Below, piece after piece: positions 27,856-37,240 of a stretch of 64,000 nucleotides of DNA. Both the position numbers and the translations under genes were made by a program. The notes beneath the pieces are model-generated. The model ran no database searches and was not told the origin of the DNA. It saw only the letters and a program-made list of their open reading frames with translations. The DNA lies in the NCBI GenBank assembly GCA_019347945.1, contig JAHWKK010000001.1:67299-131298 (forward strand). The letters run 5' to 3'. Numbering within the stretch: the stretch's first letter is position 1; the number at the start of each line of letters is the position of its first letter. This DNA is from Acidobacteriota bacterium. GTDB taxonomy: Bacteria; Acidobacteriota; Thermoanaerobaculia; Gp7-AA8; JAHWKK01.

Positions 27856-29785
27856 GGATCGCTTCCTCTCCGCGAATGTGCCGGATGAACGGATCGTTGC
27901 TGATGGGGCGGCCCAGAAACGCTTCGACCGAATCCATCCCCGGGCGCTCCGCTCCCCGGGCCAGAATCTCGTTGCGAAACCTGCGACCGGTTTCTGCATC
28001 CATGAGATCGTCGCCGAAGGCGCTCAGCAGATCGTAGGCGATGGCTTCGGACCAGAGGTAACCGTAATAGCCGGCAGCATAGCCGCCTGCGAGATGACCG
28101 AAGGAGGCGGGAAACCGGGTTTGATCGACGTAGCCGAGAGGAGTCTGCCCCTCCATCTCGGACCAGACATCGCCCGAGGGGGCCGGCGCCGGACCGGAGA
28201 GCCGCATGTCGAATGTTGCGTAGAGGTGCTGTCGGGCATAGTGAACTCCTCGTCCGAGCGACCGCGCGCCGTCGAGGCGCTCGATCAACTCCTGGCTCAC
28301 CCGCGGAGCATGCGGAGCCACCTCGGAAAGGACGGCGAATCCCGCGGGCCGGCGCGCCCACCACTCGAACATCTGCGAAGGGGCTTCGACGAAGTCGCGC
28401 TCGACGCTCGTCCCGGCGTGGTGAACGAACCAGGTCTCGGACAGAACGCCATGAAGGACGTGACCCATCTCGTGAAAGAGGGTCTCCACTTCGGAATGAG
28501 TCAGCCCGCGCCTCTCGAAATTGGCCACGAGAACGCTGATCGGAGTCCGGCCGATCCGCCGGGCAGAGCCGCGCAGTGGCCACGCCGCAGCGTGCTTGAA
28601 TTTCCCCTCTCGCGGGAAAAGGTCGAGGTAGATCGTTCCGATGAAGCCGTGATCCCGCTCGTCATGGAGGTCGTAGGCGATCACGTCCGCCTCCCACAGC
28701 GGCGCGTCGACTCTCTCGAAGCGGACTCCGTAGAGTCTTCGAGCGGTCTCGATGACCCAGTTCACCGACTCCAGCGTCGGAAAATACTGTCGGGTCTCTT
28801 CCTGATCGACATCGTAGACGCGCTTGCGAAGACGCTCGGTGAAGTAGGGGAGATCCCAGCGGTGAAGTTCCACCTCCGCGGGGCTCGCCCGCTCCTGTCT
28901 GGCCATCTCCAGCCGGATCTCGTCGAGATCGGCTTTCTCGCGTTGCCGTACCTGAGCGAATACTTCTTCCAGAAAACGCCTGACCGCCTCGGGCGTCCGG
29001 GCCATTCGTCTGCGAATGACGTGGTCCGCGAACGAAGGTAGCGAGTAGATGTCCGCGAGCTCGGCTCTGAGGCTCGTGAGCTCGTCGAGGATCTCGAGAT
29101 TTCGCTGACCGCCGCGCTGGTGAAACGCCATGTAGAGCCTGCGACGTGCGTCGGCATTGCCGACGTTCATCATGAAGGGGTGATAGTCGGGATAGTCGAG
29201 ACCGACGAGCACCTTGTCACCGTCCTGCTCGAGCCGATCGATAATCACCGGTGGAAGGCCGGCGACCTCCTCTCGACTGAAGGAAAGTTTTGGTGATTCC
29301 TCCCGGATGTTGCGGGCGAATTCCTGCTCGAGCTCGGAAGAGCGGGCGACGATCTCCCGGATTCTCTCGCGACGATCGGCCGGCAGATGAGCTCCATTGT
29401 CCTCGAACTCTTCGAGAAGATCCCGTCGAAGCTTCCGGGAGACGTCGGTCGAGGGATCGGACCGGTCGACGAGCTCGAAGAGCTTCTGGTTCTGAAAAAT
29501 GTCGTTGATGAACGATGCGTATCTGATCAGCGCATCCTCGGCAACCCTCCGGACCTCGGGAGACGGATGAACCTCGGAAAACAGCGACGCCGGGCCGAAG
29601 GCGTCCTCGAGCTCGACCTCGAGATCATCCCAGAGATCGAGGATCTCGGATGGTTCTGCACTTTCGATCTTCGCGACGCGGGCGCGACCATCCGAGAGAG
29701 AGCTTTCGCACAGCCGCGCGAGTGCTGTCGCGTCCGGAATCGGAACTCTCGGCCGCGTGTCGATGGATTCGTTCACAATGGTCAT
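27839..29785 (-). CDS. M3A family oligopeptidase (thimet/oligopeptidase A-like); start approximate
   Basis: YLDLFPREGK, FHEMGHVLH, DFVEAPSQMFE, FGHLAGGYAAGYYGYLWSE. Confidence 0.93.
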   Translation of the reverse strand: MTIVNESIDTRPRVPIPDATALARLCESSLSDGRARVAKIESAEPSEILDLWDDLEVELEDAFGPASLFSEVHPSPEVRRVAEDALIRYASFINDIFQNQKLFELVDRSDPSTDVSRKLRRDLLEEFEDNGAHLPADRRERIREIVARSSELEQEFARNIREESPKLSFSREEVAGLPPVIIDRLEQDGDKVLVGLDYPDYHPFMMNVGNADARRRLYMAFHQRGGQRNLEILDELTSLRAELADIYSLPSFADHVIRRRMARTPEAVRRFLEEVFAQVRQREKADLDEIRLEMARQERASPAEVELHRWDLPYFTERLRKRVYDVDQEETRQYFPTLESVNWVIETARRLYGVRFERVDAPLWEADVIAYDLHDERDHGFIGTIYLDLFPREGKFKHAAAWPLRGSARRIGRTPISVLVANFERRGLTHSEVETLFHEMGHVLHGVLSETWFVHHAGTSVERDFVEAPSQMFEWWARRPAGFAVLSEVAPHAPRVSQELIERLDGARSLGRGVHYARQHLYATFDMRLSGPAPAPSGDVWSEMEGQTPLGYVDQTRFPASFGHLAGGYAAGYYGYLWSEAIAYDLLSAFGDDLMDAETGRRFRNEILARGAERPGMDSVEAFLGRPISNDPFIRHIRGEEAIHAQTR

Positions 29786-29905
29786 TTTGCCCGATTGTGT
29801 GCCACCTTCCGGCGTAATGTCCACGGCCCCGTGCGACGCTCCGTCGCTCTCGACGAATCGAAAATCGCGAGATCGAGACTCGAGGCGGCCTGAATGCGCG
29901 CCGGC

Positions 29906-32338
29906 TCAGTTGCTCTCGAGTGCAGGCTCGATCGGGCGGCTGGCCCGGGCGGCGCGCTCGACCGTCTTCTGCTGGTCGGCCTCCTTCGCAAGAAGCGCGA
30001 TGTCGAGGACCTGCTCGACGTTCTCGACGAAGTGAAACTTCATGTCTCTCTTCAGCGGCTCGGGTACTTCTACGAGATCCCGTTCGTTCAGCTTCGGAAG
30101 GATGATGGTGTTGAGGCGGGCGGCCCGCGCGGCCATCACCTTCTCTTTGACACCACCGATGGGAAGCACCTCGCCGCGAAGCGTGACCTCGCCCGTCATG
30201 GCGATGTTTCGCCGCACCGGCTGGTGTGTCAGGACGGAAATGATCGCGGCGGTGATCGTAATGCCCGCGGAGGGCCCATCCTTCGGAATCGCACCCGCGG
30301 GAACGTGAATGTGGATGTCGTGCTCCTCGAAAAATCCGGGTGGAATGCCCCGATCCTCTGCATGAACGCGTGCATAGGTGAGCGCCGTCTGCGCGGATTC
30401 TTTCATGACGTCGCCGAGCTGACCGGTGAGCTGAAGCTTCCCCTTGCCCTGAACCGCGGTCGCCTCGATGAACAGAATGTCGCCACCGACGGCGGTCCAG
30501 GCGAGACCGGTCGCGACGCCGATCTGATCCCGCTCCAGAAGCTCCTCCGCATAATGGCGCATTGGCCCGAGGAACTTCTCGACGACGGCCTCGGTGATTC
30601 TGTAGGACTCTTTTGCATTTCCTTCGGCCACCTCGACGGCGATTTTGCGGCAGATCCGGCCGAGCTCACGCTCGAGATTTCGCAGCCCCGCCTCCTTCGT
30701 ATAGCCCGCGATGACGCGCATGATGCCGCTGTCGGTCCAGGTGATCTCGACATCGGCGATCCCGTTCTCGTCTTCCTGTTTGGGAATCAGATGTCGCCTG
30801 GCGATCATGATCTTTTCCTCGTCGGTGTAGCCCGAGAGGCGAATCACTTCCATCCGGTCGAGGAACGCGGGCTGAATCGTATCGAGAACGTTCGCCGTGA
30901 CCACGAACATCACGTTGGAAAGATCGTACTCGACGCCGAGATAATGATCGCGGAAGGAGTCGTTCTGCTCGGGATCGAGAACCTCGAGAAGCGCGGAGGA
31001 GGGGTCGCCGCGGTAATCGGCTCCGATCTTGTCCACCTCGTCGAGCATGAAGACCGGGTTCGACGTTCCGGCCTGATTGATCCCCTGCAGGATGCGCCCC
31101 GGAAGAGCCCCGACGTAGGTCCGGCGGTGGCCGCGGATCTCGGCTTCATCCCGGACGCCGCCGAGCGAAATGCGAACGAACTTCCGGTCGAGCGCGCGTG
31201 CGATCGATTTTCCGAGAGACGTCTTTCCAACGCCGGGAGGGCCGACGAAACAGAGGATCGGTCCCTTCATGTCGGCGCCCTTCAGTTTCCGGACCGCGAG
31301 GTACTCGAGAATCCGTTCCTTGATCTTCTCGAGGTCGTAGTGATCTTCGTCGAGGATTTTCCGCGCCCGCTGGAGATCGAGATTGTCCTCGGACATCACG
31401 CCCCACGGCAGGCCCGTCATCCAATCGAGGTAGGTCCGGATGATCGAGGTCTCCGCGGAGTCCGGATGTGAGCGCTCGAGCCGCTTGATCTGCTTCTCGA
31501 CCTCCTCCTTCGCTCCCTCCGGCATCGCCTTTTCCTTGATCTTCTGGTAATAACCGGCGACCTCCTCAGCGAGATCCTCACCTTCTCCGAGCTCGCTCTG
31601 AATGGCCTTCATCTGCTGGCGGAGGAAGTACTCGCGCTGCGACTTGTTCATCTCCCCCTGAGCCGCCGACGAGATCTCCTGCTGCATCTGAAGGAGATTG
31701 ATCTCGCGGATGAGCAGCTCGTTGACGCGCTTGAGTCGTTCGAGCGGATCGAGAAGCTCGAGCAGCTCCTGGGCTTCTTCGAGCTTGAGGTCGAGATTGG
31801 AAGCGGCCAGATCGGCGAGTCTCGCCGGATCGTCCAGATTCGCAGCGATGACCATCACCTCCGGCGAGACGTTTTTCCCGAGCCCGACCGAGTTGTCGAG
31901 GTTCTGCTTGATGGCGCGGATCATCGCCTCGACCTCGAGCGTTTTCTCCTCGACCTCCCTCTCCTCGAGCCGGGTGATCTTCGCCTTGAAGAATGGTGCG
32001 GTCTGAATGAAGTAGTCGATCCGGGCGCGGCTCAGGCCCTGGACGAGAATTCTGATCCGCCCGTCCGGCAGCTTGAGCATCCGCATGATGATCGCCACCG
32101 TCCCGATCCGATAGAGGTCATCCTCTCCTGGGTCTTCGTGCTGATAGTCCTTCTGAGCAGCGAGCATGATGACGCGGTTTTCGGCAAGCGCCTGGTCGAC
32201 GGCGTTGATCGATTTCTCGCGCGATACCGACAACGGCACAATGATGTACGGGAAGGTCGCGAGATCCTTCAGCGGCAGGACCGGCAGGACGTCGGGGATC
32301 TTGATGGCTTCTTCGGCTGGCGGCTGTTGTTCAGACAT
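29906..32338 (-). CDS. lon: ATP-dependent Lon protease
   Basis: GPPGVGKT, RGHRRTYVGALPG, PKDGPSAG, GGVKEK. Confidence 0.98.
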   Translation of the reverse strand: MSEQQPPAEEAIKIPDVLPVLPLKDLATFPYIIVPLSVSREKSINAVDQALAENRVIMLAAQKDYQHEDPGEDDLYRIGTVAIIMRMLKLPDGRIRILVQGLSRARIDYFIQTAPFFKAKITRLEEREVEEKTLEVEAMIRAIKQNLDNSVGLGKNVSPEVMVIAANLDDPARLADLAASNLDLKLEEAQELLELLDPLERLKRVNELLIREINLLQMQQEISSAAQGEMNKSQREYFLRQQMKAIQSELGEGEDLAEEVAGYYQKIKEKAMPEGAKEEVEKQIKRLERSHPDSAETSIIRTYLDWMTGLPWGVMSEDNLDLQRARKILDEDHYDLEKIKERILEYLAVRKLKGADMKGPILCFVGPPGVGKTSLGKSIARALDRKFVRISLGGVRDEAEIRGHRRTYVGALPGRILQGINQAGTSNPVFMLDEVDKIGADYRGDPSSALLEVLDPEQNDSFRDHYLGVEYDLSNVMFVVTANVLDTIQPAFLDRMEVIRLSGYTDEEKIMIARRHLIPKQEDENGIADVEITWTDSGIMRVIAGYTKEAGLRNLERELGRICRKIAVEVAEGNAKESYRITEAVVEKFLGPMRHYAEELLERDQIGVATGLAWTAVGGDILFIEATAVQGKGKLQLTGQLGDVMKESAQTALTYARVHAEDRGIPPGFFEEHDIHIHVPAGAIPKDGPSAGITITAAIISVLTHQPVRRNIAMTGEVTLRGEVLPIGGVKEKVMAARAARLNTIILPKLNERDLVEVPEPLKRDMKFHFVENVEQVLDIALLAKEADQQKTVERAARASRPIEPALESN

Positions 32339-32449
32339 TTCGATGTGGGTCGATCCCGAGGAGCGGATGAAGTGGCTTTTGCGCTGCAACCGCTGTTCCC
32401 AACAGTAACAGGGAAGCGCGGCGAGGTCTCCTTCCGGTACGGCGAACCT

Positions 32450-32938
32450 TCAATCCGACGATCCCTCGGATGCGTCGGGGCTCCCCGCTTTCTCTCTCAG
32501 CTCTTCGAGCTCTTCGAGAAATTCGTCGACGTCCTCGAACCGTCGGTAAACGGAGGCGAAGCGGATATAGGCAATCTTGTCGAGTGCCTTGAGCCGGTCC
32601 ATGACGATGGTACCGAGCTGGCTGCTCGAGATCTCCCGCTCCGCCGAGTCCTGAATGGTCAGCTCGATGTCGTCGGCGAGCGTTTCGAGGTCGTCGGCCG
32701 AAACGGGGCGTTTTCTGCAGGCGATCATCAGCCCCTGCTTCAGCTTTTCGCGATTCCACGGCTCGCGTCGCTCGTCGCGCTTGATCACGACGAAAGGGGT
32801 CAGCTCGATCTTTTCGTAACTGGTGAAGCGCCGTTCACAGGCGAGGCACTGGCGCCTCCGGCGGATCACGTCTCCTTCGCGGCTCTCGCGCGAGTCGACG
32901 ACCCGGTCGCGGTCAAACCCGCAAAACGGACACTTCAT
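32450..32938 (-). CDS. nrdR: Transcriptional repressor NrdR
   Basis: MKCPFC...VVDSR...IRRRRQCLAC..RFTSYE, ATP-cone, AYIRFASVY. Confidence 0.97.
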   Translation of the reverse strand: MKCPFCGFDRDRVVDSRESREGDVIRRRRQCLACERRFTSYEKIELTPFVVIKRDERREPWNREKLKQGLMIACRKRPVSADDLETLADDIELTIQDSAEREISSSQLGTIVMDRLKALDKIAYIRFASVYRRFEDVDEFLEELEELREKAGSPDASEGSSD

Positions 32939-32945
32939 GGTCTTC

Positions 32946-34034
32946 TTATACCACCGTACCGGCCCCTCCGGGTTTCGGGAGAGTTTCGTCGCCCTTCTCG
33001 GCCTCCGCCTCCGCCTCCTTCTCGATCGTTTCGAGAAGCTTCCAGGAAAGCCCTTCTTTCGCGAACATCATTGTTCCGCAGACGATGACCGGCAGCGTTC
33101 CGACGACGTGATAGACGAGCGCGATCGCTACGGAAGCGTCCACCGTGAAACCGTAGAAATTGACCAGAACGAGCTGACAGATCTTATGGAATCCGCCGAC
33201 GCCGCCTGGGGTCGGTATCGCGAATCCGATGACCGTCATCGCCGTCATGAAAAAGCTGGCCACCAGGGGGAGCGGACGGCCAACCGACAGCATGACGAAG
33301 TAGAACTGCGTCGTCAGGCAGAGCCAGACGCCGAGCGTGAGGACGATGACCGTGATGAATTGCCTTCTCGATCCGCGAAAGCGAAGAGAGGTAATGAAGG
33401 ACTCCGCCATGTTTCCGAGGCTCTCCCGCAGACGAAGGGGGAGAATCTTGCCGAGAAAGGCGATGTGCCGCCGCACGGTGGGCTGAAAAAGAGTGGCCGA
33501 AATGATCACGAAGGCGAGCCCGGCCAGAAGGAGGAGCGCAACCGATCCCGTCGTGCGAATGAAGGAAGCCTTCGCCGGTTCGAGTGGAGGGCCGGACCAG
33601 AGTGTCACCGCTACGAAAATCAGAAAGAGCGAGATGATCGACGTGAGGTCGAGCACGCGCTCGGTGACGACTGTCCCGAGCGCCGAGGAGAATCGAATTC
33701 CGGTTTTCTTGCGAAGCAGCGCCGAACGAACGAGATCTCCTGCCCGCACAGGAAGAATCGCTGACGACATGAACCCGATCGAGGTCGCGAAAAAAGTGTC
33801 GTAAACCCGCGGAGGCTCATCGGGACGGACGATGATTCGCCAGCGCAGAGTTCGGAAAAGAAGCGCAAGGCCATTGATGACGAATGCGATGGCCAGCCAG
33901 AAAGGATTCACGGCGGCGACGACCTCGGCCACCCCCCTGAAGTCGGCGTTGCGGAAGAAGAGATAGAGAAGGCCGATGGTCAGGACCGCGATGACGATCA
34001 GCCTGGTGGTGTGCTTCTGTCTTCGATCGGGCAC
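32946..34034 (-). CDS. UPF0104/lysylphosphatidylglycerol-synthase TM (flippase-like) protein
   Basis: RTLRW, LPVRAGDLVR, ERVLD, PTPGGVGGF. Confidence 0.88.
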   Translation of the reverse strand: MPDRRQKHTTRLIVIAVLTIGLLYLFFRNADFRGVAEVVAAVNPFWLAIAFVINGLALLFRTLRWRIIVRPDEPPRVYDTFFATSIGFMSSAILPVRAGDLVRSALLRKKTGIRFSSALGTVVTERVLDLTSIISLFLIFVAVTLWSGPPLEPAKASFIRTTGSVALLLLAGLAFVIISATLFQPTVRRHIAFLGKILPLRLRESLGNMAESFITSLRFRGSRRQFITVIVLTLGVWLCLTTQFYFVMLSVGRPLPLVASFFMTAMTVIGFAIPTPGGVGGFHKICQLVLVNFYGFTVDASVAIALVYHVVGTLPVIVCGTMMFAKEGLSWKLLETIEKEAEAEAEKGDETLPKPGGAGTVV

Positions 34035-34043
34035 GAAGCGTCT

Positions 34044-35213
34044 TCAGACCGACCTGGCGGCCGACGCATCCCTCATGCCGAGCGAGACGCGCTCCGCGAT
34101 CGCCGCTTTGTAGACCATCCCGAGATGGTCGATTCGGTGATCCACTGTGAATCGCCGGAGGATTCGCTCTCGCGCTGCTTGCCCGACGGCTTCCGCGCGG
34201 CCCGGGTCGCGATGAACTTCGATCAGCCCCTGGTAGAGAGCTTCCACGTCGCGCGGTGGCACCATCCATCCAACCTCCGCCGAATTGACGAGCTCGCGAT
34301 TTCCTCCGCAGTCGGTTGCGATCACCGGGATCGATAATGCCATTCCTTCGCGGATCGTACCGGTAATGCCCGTTCCATCCCACGACGCGTCCATGACGAC
34401 GTTGCAGGCGGAAAGCACGCGAGGCATGTCGCTTCGGAAACCGGTGAAGACGGTCGCCTCCCGAATCGCGAGCTCTTCCAGTACTCGCTCCATTCGTCGG
34501 TGCTCACCCGGCTTCGCCGCGCCGATCAGGAGCAGCTTCGCCCCGGGAACCTGCCGGTGAAAGCGTGCGAAGGACTCCATCGCCTCCCGATACCCCTTCC
34601 AGGGCCGGATCCCGACATGTGCGACGACGAAGTCGTCCGCTCCGAATCCCGCTTCCCGCCGGAAGTCGTTGCGATCCCACAGCGCAGGGTCGAACCGCTC
34701 AGGGTCCGTTCCTGCAAACACCGTCACGACGCGATCGGGATCGACCTGCCCGGTTCGTATGACGGTCCGCCGGATGCTTTCGCAGACGGTCACGATTCTC
34801 CCCACACGAGCCGACCGGTATTTCACCGCATTCATCCGGTTCAGCGGAAACGACACCCCTCGATTGACGATCAGTGCCGGAGCCGGATTGCCCGTCAGCG
34901 CCGCCAGGGCGAGCGAGTGGGCGCGCCCTTTGTGAACGTGGATAACGTCCGGCCGAGTCTCGTCGATGAGACGGCGAAGCCGGATCATCGAAACGATGTC
35001 GACGTCATTCCTGAAGGAGATCGCCCTGAACTCCACGCCCGCCTCTCGGCTGGCCTCCTGAAGGGCCCGGTTGAACCGCGTGGCGATGACCGTCCGATGC
35101 CCCGCAGCGGCCATGGCCGCCGCCGCCTGGAACATCTGGTTGACCGAGCCCGTGGAAAAACTGCTCTTGACGTTCAGATGAAGGACCGTCAGAGGAGTAA
35201 GATGGCCTGCCAT
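34044..35213 (-). CDS. Glycosyltransferase family 4 (start 35213 or 35219)
   Basis: PDVIHVH, KGY, FTGFRSD, REGMALSIPVIATDCGGNRE. Confidence 0.9.
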   Translation of the reverse strand: MAGHLTPLTVLHLNVKSSFSTGSVNQMFQAAAAMAAAGHRTVIATRFNRALQEASREAGVEFRAISFRNDVDIVSMIRLRRLIDETRPDVIHVHKGRAHSLALAALTGNPAPALIVNRGVSFPLNRMNAVKYRSARVGRIVTVCESIRRTVIRTGQVDPDRVVTVFAGTDPERFDPALWDRNDFRREAGFGADDFVVAHVGIRPWKGYREAMESFARFHRQVPGAKLLLIGAAKPGEHRRMERVLEELAIREATVFTGFRSDMPRVLSACNVVMDASWDGTGITGTIREGMALSIPVIATDCGGNRELVNSAEVGWMVPPRDVEALYQGLIEVHRDPGRAEAVGQAARERILRRFTVDHRIDHLGMVYKAAIAERVSLGMRDASAARSV

Positions 35214-35294
35214 TGACATTATTATGTGCGAACTCGGTTCGGTTGTTGGGGGCTCGGCCGCTCCCGGAATGCCGAGCCGAGGGTCAAACGTCTA

Positions 35295-36590
35295 ATGTCG
35301 CTGCTCAGAAAGAGGTTCCTCATTCGCACGCTCGCTGCCTCACTCGCCATGTTGATCCTGCTCGGCGGTTGCGCGATCTCCGATCGCACTCGCCGCAATC
35401 TGGTTGCGGAGATTGCGAGTCATCTGCCACCTCCGCAGCGGCCGCTCGTCATCGTCCCCGGCTTCGGTCAGTCGAGGCTCTGGAACCCCGAGACGAGCGA
35501 GTTTGTCTGGGGGACTGCCCACTCCACGATCGTGCGCGGTTACGAGGAAGACCTCGATCTTCCACTCGTATCGACCGCGCTGGAAATGCCGATGGATGCC
35601 CTCGAACCCAACGGGTACACGGGAAAGTGGGGCCCGGTCGATTTTGCCTGGAATCTGGCCAAGCCGCTCGTCTCTCACGGAGGTTACAGTCTCGAGCCGG
35701 GACTGCGCTCGGTCTACTTCTTCGAGTACGACTGGCGCCTCGGAACCGATCACAACGCGAAACGGCTGGATGCGTATCTCGACGAGATCCGGCTCGATCT
35801 CGGCCAGCCCACGCTTCGATTCGACGTCCTCGGCCATTCGCTCGGCGCGATGGTCGTGACTACGTGGCTCGCCATGGGGGATTCCGGCGTCGATCAGCCG
35901 GAGCTGTGGGAGGAGGGATCGAGGCGCGCCCGGGAGAAGACTGAAAAAGTCGTGCTGATCGCCAATCCCTCGGCCGGAGTGACCGAGTCCATCCGTTTCC
36001 TCGCGCGCGGTGAGAAGTTCCTCAGACGCGAGATCGACCCTGCAACGGTCGCCACCTTCCCGGTCATCTACGAGCTGCTCCCCGACGAGGATGACCTCTT
36101 CGTCCGGTGGGACCGGCGCGTCGTGCGGGCAGCTCCCGGGTCGGACCGCTTCTGGGAGATCCTCGGCATCGGCACCGACGACCCGGAGATCCGCCGCAGC
36201 CGGCAGATTCTCCTCCAACGCGGACGCGAGATCCGGAAGGCGCAGCGAATGTATCCCCCCGACGCGTCCCGCCTTGTCCAGATCGGAGGCGACTGCGTGC
36301 CAACCCCGCGACGCGTATTCATCCGGGAAAACGGGACGCTGCTCTTTGCCGCTGACGAGCTCGACCCCGTCGAGCTCCAACGGATGAGTGGGCTGGTGTT
36401 CGTTCCCGGAGACGGCAGTGTTTCACGCCAGAATGCCGTTCAATTCGAGTCCGAGAGAGTCATTCTCTGTGACGGTCACCATGCACTCACCAGCGATCCC
36501 GACGTTCACCGAACTCTGCTGCGGACATTTGTTGAAAGCCGGCCTGCGGGCCCCGGAAGCGTTTCCGCCGTCGCCGCTGCCGGCAACTGA
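35295..36590 (+). CDS. Lipoprotein alpha/beta-hydrolase (LCAT/lipase-like)
   Basis: Lipobox LGGC, VIVPG, YDWRL, GHSLG nucleophile elbow, GDGSV, terminal His. Confidence 0.85.
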   Translation: MSLLRKRFLIRTLAASLAMLILLGGCAISDRTRRNLVAEIASHLPPPQRPLVIVPGFGQSRLWNPETSEFVWGTAHSTIVRGYEEDLDLPLVSTALEMPMDALEPNGYTGKWGPVDFAWNLAKPLVSHGGYSLEPGLRSVYFFEYDWRLGTDHNAKRLDAYLDEIRLDLGQPTLRFDVLGHSLGAMVVTTWLAMGDSGVDQPELWEEGSRRAREKTEKVVLIANPSAGVTESIRFLARGEKFLRREIDPATVATFPVIYELLPDEDDLFVRWDRRVVRAAPGSDRFWEILGIGTDDPEIRRSRQILLQRGREIRKAQRMYPPDASRLVQIGGDCVPTPRRVFIRENGTLLFAADELDPVELQRMSGLVFVPGDGSVSRQNAVQFESERVILCDGHHALTSDPDVHRTLLRTFVESRPAGPGSVSAVAAAGN

Positions 36591-36762
36591 CGCCGGAGCC
36601 CGCCCCAGTCACCGATCTCCCGCCTCGACTCGGGCAGCTGCCTGCGTTCGACGGAACCTTTTCGACCTTCCTCGGCCCAATGATAAGATTCGCCATCGGA
36701 TCTGAGAGATGATCCGCGACGAAGGTGCATCAGGGTCGCGGTTGCCTCACCGGGAGGTCGTG

Positions 36763-37239
36763 TTGTCCGAGAGTTCCAGAAAGAGCTCGATCAGAGTCAC
36801 TGACAGGAGGTTATTCACTCCCGACGGAGATGTGCGCGAGGAGATCGAAGAGGAGATCGAAGCCAGAGAGAGGGAAACTCCCGAAGCAACCGTAAAAAAG
36901 CCCACTCCTCCGGAGGCGTCTTCGGAGCGCCCGACTCCTGGACCGGAAGCCCCGGGGCGAGGGGCGGGAGAAGCCCCACGGGAGGCGGCGGAGGAACCGA
37001 CTCTGTTCATGGCGCTCCTCGACAACTTCGTCGTGAACGCATACGCAGCGATGGGGATGGTCGGCGGACCCTACCAGCAGAGTGAGCCGGATTACCGCGC
37101 CGCACGCCAGATGATCGACATTCTCGAGATGCTCGAAAAGAAGACGAAGGGGAATCTCGAACCGGCCGAGGAGAAGTACCTCCGCACTCACCTCGGGGAT
37201 CTGAAGCTCGCATTCGTCAGGAAGAACAAATCGATCTGA
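36763..37239 (+). CDS. DUF1844-like protein
   Basis: VTDRRLF; AARQMIDILEMLEKKTKGNL...LKLAFV; SD GGGAGG before TTG. Confidence 0.8.
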   Translation: MSESSRKSSIRVTDRRLFTPDGDVREEIEEEIEARERETPEATVKKPTPPEASSERPTPGPEAPGRGAGEAPREAAEEPTLFMALLDNFVVNAYAAMGMVGGPYQQSEPDYRAARQMIDILEMLEKKTKGNLEPAEEKYLRTHLGDLKLAFVRKNKSI

Positions 37240-37240
37240 G

